Shown here piece after piece: positions 1-10,234 of a stretch of DNA of 64,000 bases. The translations under genes were made by a program, and so were the position numbers. The DNA comes from Camelus dromedarius. Taxonomy: Eukaryota. Numbering within the stretch: the first letter of the stretch is position 1; every line of letters begins with the position of its first letter. The stretch is from positions 97,280,001-97,344,000 of the forward strand of contig NC_087436.1 of NCBI RefSeq assembly GCF_036321535.1, read 5' to 3'. The notes beneath the pieces were generated by a model, which was not told where the DNA came from, searched no databases, and worked only from the letters and a program-made list of their open reading frames with translations.

Positions 1-842
1 AGTGATATATACTTTATAGCAAAGAGATGATATCAACTAATACAGTGACTTCAGTAGTGAAAGTCATTTAAGAGAGTTTCTGCTGTAATCGGTACACTGG
101 TCATACTACGTTTTGCTATCATGAGACCTCCATAACCATTGGCCCTCATCTAGATATAAAGACAAATACATGTGGGCAGAGTATAGAGCCTTGTGAGAGA
201 TTTGCTCACCCATTCCTGCATCTTGCTCTGACTGTGATAGAGGAACTTTTTTTTTCTGGTGGGAGACCGACTCCTTTTCAGATCCTCGTTCCCATTCAAA
301 CAGTTTTCTCTAAACGCCCCCTGACACAATCTAGTATCGTCTGGACCAGGCTACCTCTTGCTTTCCCAATTTCATACCTTGTCTTTTAAGAACAGTGCAG
401 CACATAAAGGATGTCCTTCTTTCCACAGCATCAATGCCCTTGGCTTTCTTTCCCCACAGCAGGCTAAGGCCCTCCACACACCGCATTGTTCATGCATATC
501 ACTCCCTCTCTCATCTTCTTAACAGTTCTCTTCATCCCCCTCTCCCCACTTCATATAAGCTTATGTCATTTAGGCTAATACTATAGTTTTACTTGAAATT
601 TCAGCATTACATATATTAATATTTGTCCTCTAAATTCAACATCTAAGAGATTCTTAAAGTCTTTCAGCTGATAGTTGAAAGATAATGAGAACTATTATTA
701 CAGTATATGTAAAACCACTCTATATCCCTGATTTTCCCTAATAGATGCCAAGTGAAACTGTTTAATAAGATTATATTTTTTATAAAACTCCCTGTCACAT
801 TCCTATGCTAATAGTCATCATTTTTACTAATCTCTCATTTTT

Positions 843-945
843 TTATATATTGTGATAAAATACACATAACAAAATTTTCCATCTTAAGTGCACAGTTCAT
901 TAATTACATTCACATGGTTGTGCAGTTATCAACACTACCTCTAAC
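843..945 (-). mobile_element. Old L1 (L1MB/ME-like) 3' end fragment
   Basis: aaaatacacataacaaaattttccatcttaagtgcacagttca...tacattcacatggttgtgca is the antisense L1M 3' terminus. Confidence 0.6.
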
Positions 946-1224
946 ATATTCTAATGAAACTTTGGAATTAAGCTAGGAACTAAATAACTAAATGTTTCTT
1001 CCTATCGATTTTAGTGTAGAAGAAATACTTATCTATAATGCATAATCCTAATCTTATCAGAAAATTCCAAATTACAAAATACTTATAAATTACATTGATG
1101 AAATTGTTTTTATTCAGCTTGAATTTGTCTCATAATTTCCTCTTTTGATCTGCTGGGATTTAGGAAAATAGAACAGAATATTATACATCTGAACTTTTTT
1201 AAACCTTTCTTCAGTCACTATTCA

Positions 1225-1660
1225 GAAAATATTTATTGATCATTTCCTGTCTGCATGCTCTGTAATAGGGTGAACAAATCAAAAGTGAAAAAATAGAAAC
1301 CCTTCTTGCAATGAGTTGACTTTATAGCAGGGCATTCAGACAATCACAAGAGATGAGTGGCTTATATAGTATATTAGAAAGTGAAGGGGGAGGGTAATAG
1401 TTCAATAGGAGAGCATATGCTTTGCATGCATGAGGTCCTGAGTTCAATCCCCAGTACCTCCGTTATAAACAAATAAAGCCAATTTAGCGGGGGGAAAGTA
1501 TAGCTCAGTGATAGAGTGCCTGCTTATTAGTATGCACAAGGTCTTGAGTTCAATCCCCAGTACCTCCATTAAAAAATAAATATAATCACACCCCTGAAAA
1601 TAAGAAAATAATAGAAACCATTTTTTAAAAAAGTGATGAGTGCTATAGAGAAAAATTAAA
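1225..1660 (-). mobile_element. L2 3' fragment interrupted by the SINE dimer
   Basis: atatttattga...ctctgtaataggg...agacaatca...gtgatgagtgctatagagaaaaat resembles antisense L2a. Confidence 0.5.
1386..1629 (+). mobile_element. Head-to-tail dimer of camelid vic-1-type tRNA-derived SINE
   Basis: Two tRNA-like heads (1386-1461, 1488-1568) with A box and B box (gagttcaatcccc), A-rich tail, flanked by AAAGTGA (1378-1384 / 1630-1636). Confidence 0.85.
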
Positions 1661-2225
1661 AGGTGAAGTGTTGCCTTTTGAAGCATGTTATTGGACATCC
1701 TTAGTTACTACACTGTTGATGCTACTCAATTTCATTCTTAATATTATCATTTTCATTTCACCCTCTCTCTCTCCAACATTTGTAATGTAATAAAAAAAAA
1801 AATAAACTCCTTGAGATTTCTTCTGTCTGTGCTTTGCAATTTTTACTAAGGAAATTACGAAGACATTTCTTCAACTCTTGCTTGTGAAAAGAAAGATGAC
1901 TTTCCCTTCCTGCCCCCACCTCCACCCTGACCCAGTTTGAGGGCGGTGGGGGGTAGCCTTTAGCTGGGGCTCCCTACCCAGTACATGCTGGATTCTCTGT
2001 TGTTCATTTTTTTAATCTCACATTTGATTAGGGTGTAGTCCCCTTTGCCCAGTCACGAGACGCCCTGAACGCTAGTGAAGAAAGTGCAGCTCGCAACCAA
2101 CGCAGGTCTTGTCTCAGTGGACCTGGACCCTGGGACCTGCGGGCACTTAGAGTTCACCGAATGAATGTGTACTCTAATCCACTGATACCAAAGTGGGCTT
2201 TAATACATAACTGTGTGTACCTTCC

Positions 2226-2485
2226 AGTGTCTTCTGAAATGTGTCTGTGGGATTCTAATAGGCATTATATGAGGAAAAGATTTCACTAGTCAAATATTTG
2301 GGGGAAGAAAATAAACAGAAAAAGAAGTCAAACAGGATTTTCCGCTGTAACATCTCTCAGCTTCTTTAACATGCTAACATGTATTGTGAATCGCAAAGAG
2401 GGGCCTGTAGTGCAGAGCATTTCTGAGACTCGCAGGCCACAGAGACCACCTTTTTTCTCTGTGCTTCGGGTACAACACTAGGAAT
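2226..2485. mobile_element. hAT-Charlie MITE (MER103C-like)
   Basis: cagtgtcttctgaaatgtgt...tcaaatatttggg...tttaacatgctaacatgtattgtgaatc resembles the MER103C consensus. Confidence 0.6.
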
Positions 2486-2824
2486 TATAGATGCATGAAC
2501 ATGTGACACATCCAAGCAGAAGTGAATTGGAAGAGGCAAGTTTGAAATGAGAGTCAATTTGAGTACCTAACTTGAAAGACACCCTTGAAGTGGTACGTTA
2601 AATGCTTGTTAAAATGAATTTCCATGGTCTATATTTCAGTTGATTTTGTAGCTCTGAGATCAGTCTATAAATTCAGACATGCTGCTTGTGCCAAAGGAGA
2701 GTTAGAACCTAAATCACAGAAAGAAATTCTCGTGTAAGAAGCATCAACTTTTCCGTGCAGTGTATTTTTGAAACAAAGTGTGCCAGATCTTGCTTCCCTG
2801 TGAGATGTTTCGTTTTATTTTTAG

Positions 2825-3208
2825 AGTGCAAGAGCAGAACTCGAAAGGCTGCGGATCGGTGCAAAGTGTGTTCAGGAGCCTGGGGACAGCACCTTGAAGG
2901 GGAGAGCTTCCCTTGTGGCCCAGTGCCTGGAGCACAAGGACGATAAACTTCGAAGTCGAACCAGAAAACATCGGAGTTTCAACTGTCTGGAGGACACAGA
3001 GGCTGAGGTCCTCCAAGGGCAACCAAAAGGCCATAAAGGGCTAAAGACATTGAGGAAGACCGAGGACAGGAATGGCAAAGCTACTTTGGACACTAATAAT
3101 AAGTTACCATCCAAGGTCATTGAGGAGCTGAGCGTGGTTCTGCAGCGGTCAAGACCCCTTCCAAAAGAGTTACAGGGGGAGCAGGTCGTGCAGAAAGAAA
3201 TAAAATGA
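2825..3208 (+). CDS. ARAP2: Last coding exon of ARAP2 (ArfGAP with RhoGAP domain, ankyrin repeat and PH domain 2), C-terminal 127 aa
   Basis: Polypyrimidine tract and acceptor (gttttattttttag, ending 2824) precede an in-frame read SARAELERLRIGAKCVQEPGDSTLKGRASLVAQCLEHKDDKLRSRTRKHRSFNCLEDTE...GQPKGHKGLKTLRKTEDRN...LPSKVIEELSVVLQRSRPLPKELQGEQVVQKEIK*. This matches the mammalian ARAP2 C-terminus as I recall it. Same frame as track ORF 2894..3208. Confidence 0.92.
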   Translation, partial: SARAELERLRIGAKCVQEPGDSTLKGRASLVAQCLEHKDDKLRSRTRKHRSFNCLEDTEAEVLQGQPKGHKGLKTLRKTEDRNGKATLDTNNKLPSKVIEELSVVLQRSRPLPKELQGEQVVQKEIK

Positions 3209-3474
3209 CTTATATTGCAAATTATTATTTTTTTTAAATATCGTGTACAATGTTTGCAAACCGGAAACCAAACTATAAGATAATTCCTGGTTGGTGAGAT
3301 CGGTCTAGCTATCCTTAACCATTTAAAGAGCATTTTAAGCTATATATGTATATATGTGATAAGTGTAAGATTAACCATTTTTTGGTCTGAACAAAGCTTG
3401 TACAGTTCAGCTGTATTAATAAACCTTGTGTAGGAAGGCATTGGGTTACTTTGAGTGGCCAGCCTTTTGCAGTA

Positions 3475-3678
3475 CAGTTGACCCTTGAACAACAGGGGAT
3501 GGGGGTTGGCGGGTTAATCTGTGTATAATTTATAGTTGGCCCTCCTATCCAAAATCCCTCTGCATTTGTGGATTCGACAAATTGCAGATGGTGTAGTACT
3601 ATAGTATTTACTGTTGAAAAGTATCCACGTATTAGTGGACCTGTGCAGTTCAAACCTGTATTGTTCAAGGGTCAACTG
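3475..3678. mobile_element. TcMar-Tigger2-derived MITE inside the ARAP2 3'UTR
   Basis: Perfect 18-bp TIRs CAGTTGACCCTTGAACAA / TTGTTCAAGGGTCAACTG; TA on the left, CA (mutated TA) on the right. Confidence 0.9.
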
Positions 3679-5065
3679 CAGCTGTCTGTTAAGTGGTGTA
3701 ATTTATGAGCAGAAATTGCAAACTGTACTGTATTGTATAAAATGTGGTGTTTAAATGACGCCTATGAAACTATATGTAACACATTTTGCACTTTGAGAAA
3801 CATTGTAAATAAAATTGCTGTATGTCTTTAGGTTTACATAGGGTCCGCCTTAGGGAACAGTCAGGGAAGGAAGTTGAAAAGCAGGTACGGTTGGTTTTAG
3901 CGGCTGCCTGTCAAACAACACTAGGGTTTTTTAAAAGAGGCAGAGAGTTAACAAATGTCCTAAAAGTCAAGGAGGCTGTTGAGATTCATTCTAGTTCAGT
4001 GTTGACTGGAACTTGTTCATGAGAAAGAGTTCCTTACTATGGTTTTGGTACGCGCAACATTCATCATCACAGGGTTTTATTGTTTTTGTTTGTTTTTTGT
4101 TGTTGTTATTGTTTTACTTTGTATGTTCATTTCTTATTATTTTAAGTAAGGTTGTAATGTCTTTTCTGCAATGCCAGAATTTACTGGACGTGTACAACAT
4201 GTGGCCATTTTTGAGTTGGGGTTAACTTTTAATCTAGTCTGGGTTTTTTTTGTTGTCGTCGTTTTTGGGGGAGGGGGGGGTTGGTTTTTTTTTTTTAATA
4301 AAGCAGCAGTCTCCTCCCTGTGCTTAATGATAAGACAAAGCCCTCTATTTTTGTTTCCACATAAAGAGCAGCTACTGAGTTGGTTATTTTCCTCAGACAG
4401 ACAATACTACCTAATTATAGTTCACATTAAGGGCATCACTTTTCATCAGTTTCTTTAGAATTTTATTAGGTCTGGTGAGTTTTGATTAACATTATTTTAT
4501 GTAGCCAAGCTTTACTCCTCCCATTTCTTTTTGCCCCCTCTGTCATTCAGGTGTCTTATCTGAATTTGTCTTTGTTCAAAAGCCCACACTTCAGTCAGTC
4601 CAATCATAGTACAGTAATGTGCTGTTAAATGCTATGAGTTGCTTCATTGTAAAATACTGATCACTTGTATTTGGTGGTGATAAGACAGTTTACCACGGGT
4701 TTGTGACATCTATTCTTTAAATCCACATAGATTGGAATTTTTTTAAAGAAAGAAACTGCTGGTCAGTTTATAAAATAGGTGGCATTATTGGGCAGCCTTC
4801 CTTTGAAGCAAGAAATCATACTATTTAATGAAAAAAATCTAAAACTATTTATGTTTTATGAAATAAGCAGACATGAAAATTATGTTTGACAGTGTTGGAC
4901 AACAGGAAAGTATCTGGATATTTTTACCTGCCTTATCTGAATACTTTTGAAACTTGAGCTTAAAATCTGATAACTTTGGTTTCCCATCCATTCCTGTACA
5001 ACTGTCTCCATTTTTCAAGTGTAAGATAAGGGCTAATGATGACATCTCACATATTTTGAGTAAAA

Positions 5066-5071
5066 ATTAAA
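5066..5071 (+). terminator. Candidate distal polyadenylation signal (ATTAAA)
   Basis: ATTAAA with downstream tgtgtgactgttttt. Confidence 0.4.
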
Positions 5072-6046
5072 ATTGTTTTACAAGTCCACTTGAATGTGTG
5101 ACTGTTTTTCAAAATAACCACCTTCAACTTTTGAAGACAGAGAAATAAGTCAAATAGATTGCCTTTCCTGTTTTCCTTTTTTAAAAATCTGAATTTAACA
5201 TATACTTCAAGCTAGCTGTCATTTTTTCAAGCACATCAGTATGAATATTATTCCTTTTAAAATGATGAATATATGCAAACATGACACAAACAAATTGATG
5301 GTACTCATTCACTTCTAAAGCCCTAAAGTTACTTACTAGACATGGCTTTTAAATATTTGATTTCTAAACAAAGCATTAACTAATGATTTATCAAAGTGGC
5401 ACTGAAAATTCAAAACTAAGCAAAAGTAATTGAAGTAAAAATATGTCTGCATAACTAAATTAGCTGCCAATTTGCATTGTTCATTGGGCAATTTTTAATC
5501 CTAAACTACACAAACTGTATTAGGAAAGAAATATTTTTGAAAATACATCAAATTTATTTGGACAGATTGTAGTATTCATATATTTGTGTGTTTTCTCAAA
5601 CTTCTGATAATCACTCTGGGGAGATGATGAAAACATTCATCATCTCATCAAAATTTACACCAAGACTTTCATATTATTCACGCAACAAAAGACAGAATTA
5701 GTTTCATGTGAACAATATCCTGTTGTGTGTACATCATCACGTTTATCTCTAATCATTTGGAAATACAGAGCATAGAAAGGAGTCCTGTGGGTAACTAAAA
5801 TTCATCTGCTTTACATCCCATAGTTATTATTTTTAACAAGTTTTTGTTGAAAATGTTCTAAATTATGTTGTATATCCCTATATTCTCTGCCATGACTGCT
5901 ATATGTTGAATATAAAGGTTTTAATAATTCAGATACCTGTACAGATTTAAGACTTTTTTGTGACATACTGGATTAAAGTTCAGAATCTAAGTGTCCTTAT
6001 CCAAGAAGTGGGAATAACACCTGTAGACTTTGTGATGACTAATATA

Positions 6047-6477
6047 CACGTGACCCTTGAACAACCCAGGTTTGAACTGTGAAGCTCCACAAATACTCAT
6101 ATTTTTTTCAACAGCCAGTACTACACAATCTACCACTGGCTGAGTCCACAGAGGGAGCCAATTATAAGTTACATGTGGATTTTCAACTGGGCAGAGGTCA
6201 GTGCCCCAACCCCAATGCTGTTCAAGGGTTTGAACTGCACAAGTCCACTTATCCATGGATTTTTTTTTCAATAAATATTCAGCTGGCCCTCAGTGTCTAC
6301 ACATTTCACATTTGCAGATTCAGCCAACTGTGGACTACAGACTTAATACACTACCCGTGGTTGGTTGAATCTGCAGGTATGGAACCCGTGAGCAACTATG
6401 GGACTTGAGCATCCTCAGATTTTGGTATCTGCAGCAGTTCCTGGAACCAATCTCTTGCGGATCCCAAGAGACGACAG
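6047..6477. mobile_element. Composite Tigger2a-like + MER8/MER2-like MITE
   Basis: TA-flanked. Left end cacgtgacccttgaacaac, internal second TIR tgttcaagggt at ~6218-6229, right end ggatcccaagagacgacag. Confidence 0.8.
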
Positions 6478-6675
6478 TATGTATATATATATTTATGTGT
6501 GGGTGTGTGTATATCACATACCTAACCCACAGTAAATGTTATTTATTAGTTTTTTTTAGTTCTCACTTGGTCTAAGTTGACACTTTTTACTACTGGTTTT
6601 CAGATTGCTTCTAACAGTTTTTTTCTCATTCCTTTAAAAATGTTTGTTATGCACTAAGAGAACAGATTACCACAG

Positions 6676-7066
6676 GTCATAGTCTGAATTGTGTTCCCCC
6701 TAAATACATATGTTTAAGCCCTACCCCTAGTATTCCAAATTTGGAGTATTTGGAGATAGAGTCTTCAAAGAAGTGATGATGTCAAAATGAGGTTAATGGA
6801 GTGGGCCCTCATCAAATCTAAGTGGTGTTCTTACAAGAGGAAATGTGGATACACAAAAACACCCAGGGCTGTGTTCACACAGAGGAAAGACCATGTGAGG
6901 ACACAGCGAGAAGGTGGCCGTCTGGAAGCCAAGGAGAGAGAGGTCTCAAATGAGACCAAACCACCAGCACCTTGATCTTGGTCCTCCACCCTCTAGCATC
7001 GTGAGAAAATCCCTATAGTTTAAGCCACCCAGCCTGTGGAATTTTGTTACTAGAAGCCCTAGTACA
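6676..7066 (+). mobile_element. MaLR solo LTR (MLT1A-like)
   Basis: ctgaattgtgttcccc...aaaatgagg...cacagaggaaagaccatgtgaggacacagcgagaagg...aagccacccagcctgtgg. Confidence 0.85.
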
Positions 7067-7689
7067 CTTTTATATTAATCTGTCAATAAAGATATCAGAT
7101 GAGCAGAATCCCCCCTTGAATTTGCTAGTATTAGTCTGCACTACTGTTACTCTATATCTCAGAACATCTTTGTAATATTACATCAGAGTTATAGCTATCA
7201 TAATGATAGATGGAGAATAAGAAAGGGTTTTGAGGTGTATCTACTTAGAAGTCCACTGCCTAAATAACTTGAACACTGAAATAATATAGCACAAACAATT
7301 CAACATCGTGGTCCAGCAAAAGTATAGTTGGTGCTGATTGAAAAGATTTAAGTTCTATGACAAAGATTGAAGTTCTCTGACATGAAGAACCACTATTCCA
7401 GCAGAGTGAAGATACTGATGCTTCACAACACCTGATTGATAGAGAATCTTGTTATTCCTTTCAAGAACAACACAGAGAGGTCTTCAGTTAAATAACTGAA
7501 CATTCACTAAACTAAGGAGAGACAAAAGTTCATTTCAATCAACCTGGATATGCCACTCCATGATCCCGAGATCAGGTAAACATTAACAGTGACATATCTC
7601 ACGGGAGGGAACCTCATCTTCCCCTCCGGCTAAGGCCTCATTTGACTTCTGTTTGCAAAAAAAGTCTTGGTAAAATTTGTCTCACTTCT

Positions 7690-8580
7690 TGCCTTCTATT
7701 TTTTCCTTCCCATTTTCTCTTTGAGCCCTCTTCATTCAACATTTTGCTTCCCACTCTTCTATAATATCTGCTCCTTGCAAGGTCAGAACAAACTTGTTGC
7801 CAATTTAAATGATCAGTTTTCAGGGAGAGGGTATAGTTCAAGTGGTAGAGCACATGCTTAGCATACACAAGGTCCTGGGTTCAATCCCCAGTACCTCCTC
7901 TAAGAATAAATAAATAAGTAAACCTAATTACCTCCCTCCAAAACAACAACACAAATGGTCAGTGTTCAGCCATCGTAATCAACACATCACCCACTATTTG
8001 TAGCATTTTATATAGTTGGTCACCCCTCCTTTGTGGAAATCATTCTCGGATTGGTCTCTAGGACATCATTATCTTGTAGTTTTTCTCCTTCCTCACTGGT
8101 CAGTCTTCTCAGATCCTCTACAGGATTTACTCATCTTTATATAGTCCAGTCCTAGAGGAATTCATCTAATCTCATAGCTTTAAATATAGTACATCTTCTG
8201 GCTATCCCATCTGTTTAACTTCAGTATGGACCTACTCACTGAGTTTCAGAGTGTAGTTTACATCTCCACTTGAGTGTTCATCTGTCATCCCAAATATGCC
8301 ATATCTAAGGCACCATCAAACATCTCCTACCAGACAGACCTCAGAACATCCCATATAAAATGGCATCATCACCTTCTATCCCCTTTATCTTTTTTTTTAC
8401 ATCACAGGACTCATCACCTGGTAATTTACATATTTAATAGTATATGTTTTAATGGCCTAATTACTTCCACTAGAACATAACTCAGCCAGTGCAGAATCTT
8501 AAGTTCACCACTGATTTCCAGTGTCTAGAACAGTGCCTATACCATAGCCTATAGTCACTACTGAAATATATATTGAATAA
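7690..8580 (+). mobile_element. L2 relic (interrupted by SINE)
   Basis: caaggtca...aatgatcagttttcag...ttggtcacccctcctt, and 3' end ccagtgtctagaacagtgcct...ttgaataaa. Confidence 0.6.
7823..7952 (+). mobile_element. vic-1-type SINE
   Basis: gggagagggtatagttcaagtggtagag...gggttcaatccccagtacctcc...aaacctaattacctcc; 16-bp TSD aaatgatcagttttca / aaatggtcagtgttca. Confidence 0.92.
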
Positions 8581-8689
8581 AGTCAACATAATAAAGTAGC
8601 TTGAAGAAAAACGATCCCAAAATCCTAAAAGCTATCAACAATGGGTTAAAAATCTGTGCAAAGGTTATTGTTGAAATGAATAGAAATAA

Positions 8690-10234
8690 AGGTGGCAAGA
8701 TTTTGAGGAAGTAGCAACATTAGAGATGTGGGGGGATGCTATACAGTTGTTCTTTTTCCTGGGGCAAGATTCAGAGAATCTAAACACAGTGCAAGAAGTT
8801 AAAAATACTAATCTGGTATTTGATCAAGTTGAGAGATGCTCTTTGCAGACAGATAAATCAGCACAGCTTTTGTACCCTTGTATAGCTAAGGAGCCAAATT
8901 AGAGCATCAAGGGACTAAGATCCCAGGGAGAAGGGAAGAATAGAAAGTTGACTATAGCTAGTTTTCCTTTTAAAACATTTGCTGAATACTGATGCCACAA
9001 AGGGCAGTAGGCTAATAAGCTCAGTAGAAAGTTTCTACTAGCAGAGTTGAGTTTTTTAGAGAGAGATCCTTGTGAATATATAGGCTTTCAGGTGGAAGCC
9101 TTGAAGAGCCATGGGTCAGGATAGGTATAACTTGAAATCTTGACAGATCATCATCAAAACTGCCCACAGCCTCTTCAGCTCTGTCCCTGACTGGGTCAAA
9201 ATCATCAACCTCTGCTCTACTAAAACATGAAAAGATGAGTCCTTTCTGGAGAAAGATAATATTGCTTATAGCCTTAACATTTTTTCCTCACTGTCTGGCA
9301 TTGAAAAAGAATTCAAGAGACAAGACCCTATCACCAAAAACCAAGAGAAAAAATACTAAGAAAAACAGAGATTCACAAATGATCAGGATACCAACCAGGG
9401 ATACAATGACAGCTACGGTTAACATTATCACAAAATACAGGAAAAAGAAAATATAGAAAAAAGTTGTATCATTCTGCCAGAGATTGAAATTTAAACAATC
9501 AAATGGAAATTCTGGAGGTGAAAAGTACAGTAACTGAAGTTTAAAAAAAATGGGTTTAACCAAATAATAGATGTGAATCAAAGAATATTAATGAATTGGA
9601 AAACAGATTATTTTAAAAAAAAAATTGGGGGGGAAGTAATTAGGTTTTATTTATTTATTTATTTGTATGGAGGTCCTGGAGATTGAACCCAGGACCTCAT
9701 GCATGCTAAGCACATGCTCTACCACTAAGCTAGCTATCCCCTCCCCACAAGACAAATTTTAAAAAAATACATCCAAATTGAACACAAAGAAAAACAATTG
9801 GAAGAAATAGAAAAGAGAGATATGTGGGACACTAAGAAAAAGTCTAACATACATGTAATTTGATATCCAGAGGAAGAGGAGACAGAAAACAGGGAGGAGG
9901 CAATACTGGAAGTGATAATAACCAAGAATTTTTGAAAACTGATATGAGATGTCAATTAACAGATTCAATAAGCTATCCAAACTCTAAGCAAGGTAAATAC
10001 AAAGATAACTTCGGGTAAGTACATTATAGTAAAACAATGGAAAATTTAACAAGGAATTCTTAAAATCAGAGTATCAAATAACACTAAATTAAATTAACAA
10101 TAAGAGACTGACAGTGACCTATCATCATAAAAGGCAAAAGCTAAAAGGGAATAGAATACAATCATTAAGTGCTGGAATAAAATATCTACCACCTAGAATT
10201 CCATATCCCTTAAAAACATCCTTCAAAAAAGATG
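8690..10234 (+). mobile_element. Old L1M 5'UTR/ORF1 region, first half
   Basis: Degenerate ORF1-like A-rich sequence ending acctagaattccatatccc...aaaacatccttcaaaaa; resumes at 14636. Confidence 0.7.
9625..9746 (-). mobile_element. vic-1-type SINE inserted in the old L1
   Basis: Reverse complement of the SINE head and its cctaattacttcccc tail. Confidence 0.9.

Larger units (their letters stand above)
3209..5095 (+). other. ARAP2: ARAP2 3'UTR (distal end inferred)
   Basis: AU-rich, mostly non-repeat sequence after the stop codon. AATAAA at 3418, 3808 and 4297; ATTAAA at 5066-5071 followed by GT/T-rich sequence. Confidence 0.55.

Noticed and set aside
1386..1568. tRNA-Ala-like genes (also 7823, 9625, 20297)
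   Set aside because: They have SINE tails, TSDs and broken acceptor stems, so they are tRNA-derived SINEs rather than tRNAs.
2755..2946. Cys-rich 63-aa ORF overlapping the ARAP2 exon
   Set aside because: Alternative frame starting at an intronic GTG; the ARAP2 frame explains the region.
2872..3333. 153-aa minus-strand ORF
   Set aside because: Antisense shadow of the ARAP2 coding exon.
7330..7580. Coding-looking unique stretch ending in CAG|GTAAAC
   Set aside because: The frame I read has in-frame stops, and I found no clear acceptor or recognisable product.
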